In this document: piece after piece, positions 28,492-32,000 of the stretch
How the letters are laid out: each line of letters starts with the position of its first letter
Position numbering within the stretch: the stretch's first letter is position 1
NCBI RefSeq assembly: GCF_000621645.1
Contig: NZ_JHXR01000003.1
Span: 270,001 to 302,000 of the forward strand
DNA from: Vibrio cholerae ATCC 14035
Lineage (GTDB): Bacteria > Pseudomonadota > Gammaproteobacteria > Enterobacterales > Vibrionaceae
DNA length: 32,000 bases
Direction: 5' to 3'
Notes under the pieces: generated by a model
Databases searched by the model: none
Told to the model about the DNA's origin: nothing
Seen by the model: only the letters and a program-made list of their open reading frames with translations
Made by a program: the position numbers and the translations under genes

Positions 28492-29478
28492 TTATTTCGA
28501 TTTTCTGAGGCTTAAAGTGCCACCGGTGCGCGGTGTTGGCTTTGAGCCTGAGGCTGTATTGGATGATGGGCTAGACGGACGACGCTGCGCTTTTTTCGAA
28601 TTTGGCGCATGGCGAAACTCTTGTGCATTTTTACCATGGTAGGTTTTGGGGTTACGGCGCGCTTTGGATTCTTTGTTGGCTTCACGGCTATCAAATAGCT
28701 TGGCATCGGTCGCACGTTTAATCGTGTCACCACTTTGCGCGACTCGTGAGGCTTCTTCTGTACCGCTGGAGTCTTCACACATAGCCAGAATCTCGCTCAC
28801 TTCCGCTTCGCTTAAATAACGCCATTTACCGTTTGGAATGCCATCTAGCGTGATGTTCATGATCCGCACGCGTCGCAGTTTAAACACTTCATATCCCAAG
28901 GCTTCACACATGCGACGAATTTGGCGGTTCAGTCCCTGAGTCAGCACAATACGAAATGAATATTGCGTCTCTTGAGTCACTTTGCAGGGCAGAGTTACCG
29001 TATCGAGGATGTTTACCCCAGAAGACATTTGACGGATAAATTCAGGCGTAATGGGTTTATCGACTCGAACCACGTACTCTTTTTCGTGGTTATTTCCCGC
29101 ACGCAGGATCTTATTCACGATATCGCCATCATTGGTCAGAAAAATCAGGCCATCAGACGGCTTATCTAAACGACCTATTGGGAAAATACGTTTGTGGTGA
29201 CCAATGAAATCAACGATATTTCCCGGAACATCACGTTCCGTCGTACAAGTAATGCCAGTGGGTTTGTTTAAAGCAATATAAATTGGACGCTCTTTGCTAC
29301 GCAGAGGCTTACCGTCAATACAGACTTCATCTTGCTCGGTGACTTTGCTTCCGACTTCTGGCTGTAGGCCATTGAGAGTTACTCGCCCTTGCTCAATCAG
29401 CTTGTCGGCTTCACGGCGTGAGCAATAGCCCGTCTCACTGATGAATTTATTGAGGCGTTTTTCAGTCGGTTGGGACAT
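28492..29478 (-). CDS. rluF: 23S rRNA pseudouridine synthase RluF (RsuA/RluB/E/F family)
   Basis: Track ORF trimmed to ATG 29478, with AGGAG 5 nt upstream. 328 aa with an S4 domain ([30 protein letters not shown]) and catalytic motif [20 protein letters not shown]. Collinear with E. coli RluF from memory, ending in a basic low-complexity C-terminal tail. Confidence 0.85.
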   Translation of the reverse strand: MSQPTEKRLNKFISETGYCSRREADKLIEQGRVTLNGLQPEVGSKVTEQDEVCIDGKPLRSKERPIYIALNKPTGITCTTERDVPGNIVDFIGHHKRIFPIGRLDKPSDGLIFLTNDGDIVNKILRAGNNHEKEYVVRVDKPITPEFIRQMSSGVNILDTVTLPCKVTQETQYSFRIVLTQGLNRQIRRMCEALGYEVFKLRRVRIMNITLDGIPNGKWRYLSEAEVSEILAMCEDSSGTEEASRVAQSGDTIKRATDAKLFDSREANKESKARRNPKTYHGKNAQEFRHAPNSKKAQRRPSSPSSNTASGSKPTPRTGGTLSLRKSK

Positions 29479-29543
29479 ACAATCTCCTAACGTTTCACAA
29501 CGGATGGTGCACAAAATCCGCGCATTCTAACAGCTTTACCTAC

Positions 29544-30122
29544 TTAGCCAAGCCGTTTCTGGTGACGCTCACGGTTTTCGGCTTTTTTCTCGGCACTCTT
29601 ACGAAGTAAGACATAAACCGCGCCGGTGCCGCCATGTAAGCGTTGAGCTGAATGAGCACACTGCACTTCGCTGATTTGAGTCAGCCAATGGCTGACAAAA
29701 CTTTTCATCAGCGCTGGTGGGGTAGAGCGCTCGCCACGACCATGCACAATCAGTAGGGTGCGAATATCCATCGCCATACATTGGCGAATAAATTGGATCA
29801 CTTCACTGCGTGCTTCTTTGAGCGTTTTTCGATGTAAGTCTAAGCGTGCTTGAATAGGGTACTTACCCAATCTGAGCTTGCGATACACGCCATCTTGAAC
29901 GCCATCCCGCTTAAATTCGAGCATATCATCAGGCTTAAGCATGGGGGCATGATCGATGGATAGCGCCTCGGGGTCATGGTCTGCCAAGCTTACTGCCGCT
30001 TCTCGCTTAGCCAGTTGAGCTTCGGTGACTTGGTGGGCTTTTTTGAGTTCAACCGTATCATGGGTGATGGTTTTGACATCGCCCATCATTTGTTGAAACA
30101 GTTCTAAATCCTCTTGCGACAT
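29544..30122 (-). CDS. smrA: Smr-domain protein (SmrA/YdaL-like endonuclease)
   Basis: 192 aa with a C-terminal Smr domain (LDLHRKTLKEARSEV...LLIVHGRGERS...HGGTGAVYVLLRK). The tail AEKKAENRERHQKR resembles E. coli SmrA (YdaL) as I recall it. Confidence 0.75.
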   Translation of the reverse strand: MSQEDLELFQQMMGDVKTITHDTVELKKAHQVTEAQLAKREAAVSLADHDPEALSIDHAPMLKPDDMLEFKRDGVQDGVYRKLRLGKYPIQARLDLHRKTLKEARSEVIQFIRQCMAMDIRTLLIVHGRGERSTPPALMKSFVSHWLTQISEVQCAHSAQRLHGGTGAVYVLLRKSAEKKAENRERHQKRLG

Positions 30123-30231
30123 AACGGCACATCAAAGTTATTTCACATGGTGCTGATTATATACTTCTCATTTAGCAAGTTGCACGGAGTTGTGCGTGGA
30201 AGGGGAGTGATGTTGAGGATAAATGCACAAT

Positions 30232-30266
30232 AAAAAACCGGAGCAGACACGCAGTCGGCTCCGGTG
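30232..30266 (-). terminator. Intrinsic terminator downstream of the 46-codon ORF
   Basis: On the minus strand ACCGGAGC...GCTCCGGT forms 8 bp (plus-strand 30237-30244 with 30258-30265). A 3-bp inner extension GAC/GTC follows across a 1x1 mismatch. TTTTTT comes after the stem (plus-strand A-run 30232-30237). Confidence 0.7.
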
Positions 30267-30303
30267 CATAGCGTTTTTCTATCTTTCAATAGAGGCTAGC
30301 GAT

Positions 30304-30444
30304 CTAGTGAGGAGATTTGTCCGTCATCACTTTGTAGATGAAGAAACCGCCATAGAACAGCATAAGACCTAAAGCGCCCAAGATGACTATCATTGAAGAG
30401 AGTCCAACTGCATTACCAAAAAGAAGATCGAGCCAGAAGTCCAT
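30304..30444 (-). CDS. Small (46 aa) single-pass membrane protein, below the ORF-track length cutoff
   Basis: The reverse strand reads GGAGGAAAC-ATG, then MDFWLDLLFGNAVGLSSMIVILGALGLMLFYGGFFIYKVMTDKSPH, then TAG. It has a strong Shine-Dalgarno with 4-nt spacing, a roughly 24-residue hydrophobic helix with a basic/polar C-terminal tail, and its own terminator 38 nt downstream. Confidence 0.55.
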   Translation of the reverse strand: MDFWLDLLFGNAVGLSSMIVILGALGLMLFYGGFFIYKVMTDKSPH

Positions 30445-30673
30445 GTTTCCTCCAAAGTGTTGAAGACGAGTTAACGTTAAATTCTGGCTATATTTGCAGC
30501 ACTGATCTGGATCAATTGTGTTGCATAGGTTGCTTATATGTTTCTAATGTTGAGTTATGAGTCACATTTTTTACGTGCTTTGCTGCTGTTTTGACCGAAC
30601 GAGAGAAACTCAACAGAAAGTCTGGCTTCAGGGCTTGCGCTTCAAGAAAGAACGAGTAACATACGCAGCGTTT

Positions 30674-30750
<77 letters not shown>

Positions 30751-30755
30751 TATTT

Positions 30756-30787
30756 AAGGCCTCAGCATTTATGCTGGGGCCTTTTTG
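30756..30787 (+). terminator. Intrinsic terminator after tRNA-Pro
   Basis: AAGGCCTCAGCA (30756-30767) pairs with TGCTGGGGCCTT (30772-30783) including one G-U. The loop is TTTA, and the 3' arm runs into TTTTT (30782-30786). Confidence 0.7.
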
Positions 30788-30802
30788 CTTTATCAACATC
30801 TC

Positions 30803-30869
30803 ACTTGAAGCCTCAGCGTTGTCGGCACTCGCTTCCCATCACATGATCTGTCGATACTTGTTTGGATAA
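30803..30869. repeat. Degenerate ERIC/IRU-like copy C
   Basis: ACTTGAAGCCTCAGCGTTGTCGGCACTCGCTTCCCATCACATGATCTG...TTTGGATAA is collinear with copy B: ACTTGAAGC, CAGCG, TGT.GGC, TCG, CCC, ATCACAT and GGATAA blocks occur in the same order. By eye about 70-75% identity with short gaps. Confidence 0.45.
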
Positions 30870-30924
30870 GTTCATCTGCCGCCGACCCATAATGCCAAAT
30901 CATTTGTTCTACCGAATAGCTGAT

Positions 30925-31791
30925 TTATAAAAATGAGCAGCTTGCCGTTTGGCTTTGGTTAAGCTGCTGGATGCTAAAGCCTTTTTGCTCAAGAATACTG
31001 AGCAAGCTCTGCTTGCCAATTAAATGCAAAGTGCCGACGACGACCAGATAAGGTTTGCCTTGTTGTGGTAAGAATTGAGGGTGAGTGAGCTTCTCTGCCC
31101 AATCCCGATTACGCTCAGTGAGCATGTGGGCTTCCAATTCAGCGGACATACCGGTGAGTGTGAGCATTTGTAGCAAATTCTTCTCATCTCCTTTTTTCCA
31201 GCTTTCAATCATGCACTCGGTGAGTTGGGTATTGTTTTCCCATTCATCGATCAAACTCACCAGTAATTCCTGCCCTGAGTTGGGTAAGTGCGCTAACAGA
31301 TCCACTTGAAATTGTAAGGTTTCTAGACTGAGTATAGGCAGTTGATGCTGCTCAGCTTGTTGCATGAAATAAAGGTCGATGCCTCGATCGGCTTGATACC
31401 CCATCTCTAAAAATTGGCGCATTTGCAGGATAAGGCTGGCTGACCATGGGGGCTGTTGGCGGATCTGCTGGGCATCCAACCTCAGTTGCTGCGCAATCCC
31501 ATCCAATACAAACAGTTGTTCATCGCTTAAAACCTGCTCACTACTCAACGTCGTTGCAGGCAAAGTGATGTTGGATTGGTGACGGATATCCGTCTCCACG
31601 ACTAAGCCTGCGCTTTGTTTTAGCTTTTGTGCGAGTTGGTCAGGCAATGGATAAAGCTGATCGCTGCCCACATGCAGAGAGCCTAAGAGGATGAGTTGTG
31701 TCGAACCTTTGGTTGCTGACCAGTACAAGGGTTCTGCGTGAAGAGGTTGGATAAATAGCCATAAAAGACAGCAAGCGAATCGTGTGAGCAT
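30925..31791 (-). CDS. TraB/GumN-family protein, predicted periplasmic
   Basis: 288 aa from ATG 31791 (MLTRFACCLLWLFIQPLHA signal peptide); the track ORF begins at TTG 31821. Family-typical N-terminal LLGSLHVG and C-terminal VVVGTLHLIG motifs are present. The start codon is uncertain because neither candidate has a well-spaced Shine-Dalgarno. Confidence 0.7.
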   Translation of the reverse strand: MLTRFACCLLWLFIQPLHAEPLYWSATKGSTQLILLGSLHVGSDQLYPLPDQLAQKLKQSAGLVVETDIRHQSNITLPATTLSSEQVLSDEQLFVLDGIAQQLRLDAQQIRQQPPWSASLILQMRQFLEMGYQADRGIDLYFMQQAEQHQLPILSLETLQFQVDLLAHLPNSGQELLVSLIDEWENNTQLTECMIESWKKGDEKNLLQMLTLTGMSAELEAHMLTERNRDWAEKLTHPQFLPQQGKPYLVVVGTLHLIGKQSLLSILEQKGFSIQQLNQSQTASCSFL

Positions 31792-32000
31792 GGAATGCGT
31801 GAACTCCTTTAGGTTCGGCAAAAACGTTACTTTAGCAGTGAATTAACGGATTTGACGGAGCTTGAATCATGATAAAGCTCACATCTTGTTGATTTGTCCG
31901 AGCCAACTCACGATTTGTTGCCGCAATCTTGTGTGATGTCGATCGGCTTTCTTTGCGTAACGCGGATTGCTAAGTGTGATCTGGATTGGAAGAAATCTCG

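Noticed and set aside
28492-28770. Roughly 90-aa basic, low-complexity C-terminal tail of RluF as a possible novel fusion
   Set aside because: E. coli RluF and RluB, as I recall them, also end in Lys/Arg-rich disordered tails. The tail here is longer but of the same character, so it is not a distinct domain.
31822-32000. Possible gene at the right window edge
   Set aside because: Two minus-strand frames are open from the window edge, ending at about 31908 and about 31882. One short plus-strand ATG ORF begins near 31946. With fewer than 40 codons visible and no recognisable motif, I cannot support any call.

Overview
This window reads as conserved housekeeping core genome of a Vibrio-type gammaproteobacterium. 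From memory the gene order and proteins resemble Vibrio cholerae chromosome 1; I cannot verify that here. Left third, all on +: the 3' end of bamA, then skp-lpxD-fabZ-lpxA, a 160-bp gap, then lpxB-rnhB-dnaE-accA-tilS. Middle: a small block (monohaem cytochrome c, phenolic-acid-decarboxylase-like gene, orphan PII glnB), then the enterobacterial-type cluster yafD / mltD-gloB / yafS / rnhA / dnaQ. After that come a dnaQ-coupled 419-aa secreted, membrane-anchored protein of unknown function, fadE, gmhA, a yafJ-like amidotransferase, purN-purM and upp. Right end: a membrane GGEEF diguanylate cyclase, rluF, an Smr-domain protein, a 46-codon membrane ORF absent from the ORF track, tRNA-Pro(UGG) and a TraB/GumN-family protein. 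Total: 31 CDS (one partial, one small) and 1 tRNA. I saw no rRNA, CRISPR array, transposase, integrase, phage gene or recognisable defence gene. Non-coding content includes four copies or fragments of an ERIC/IRU-like palindromic repeat family, a 16-bp tandem duplication at the accA stop codon, PurR-type and FadR-type operators, and about a dozen intrinsic terminators. I searched both strands for an undescribed system and found no convincing evidence for one. The leads in the findings are modest, and the region should be treated as ordinary core genome.
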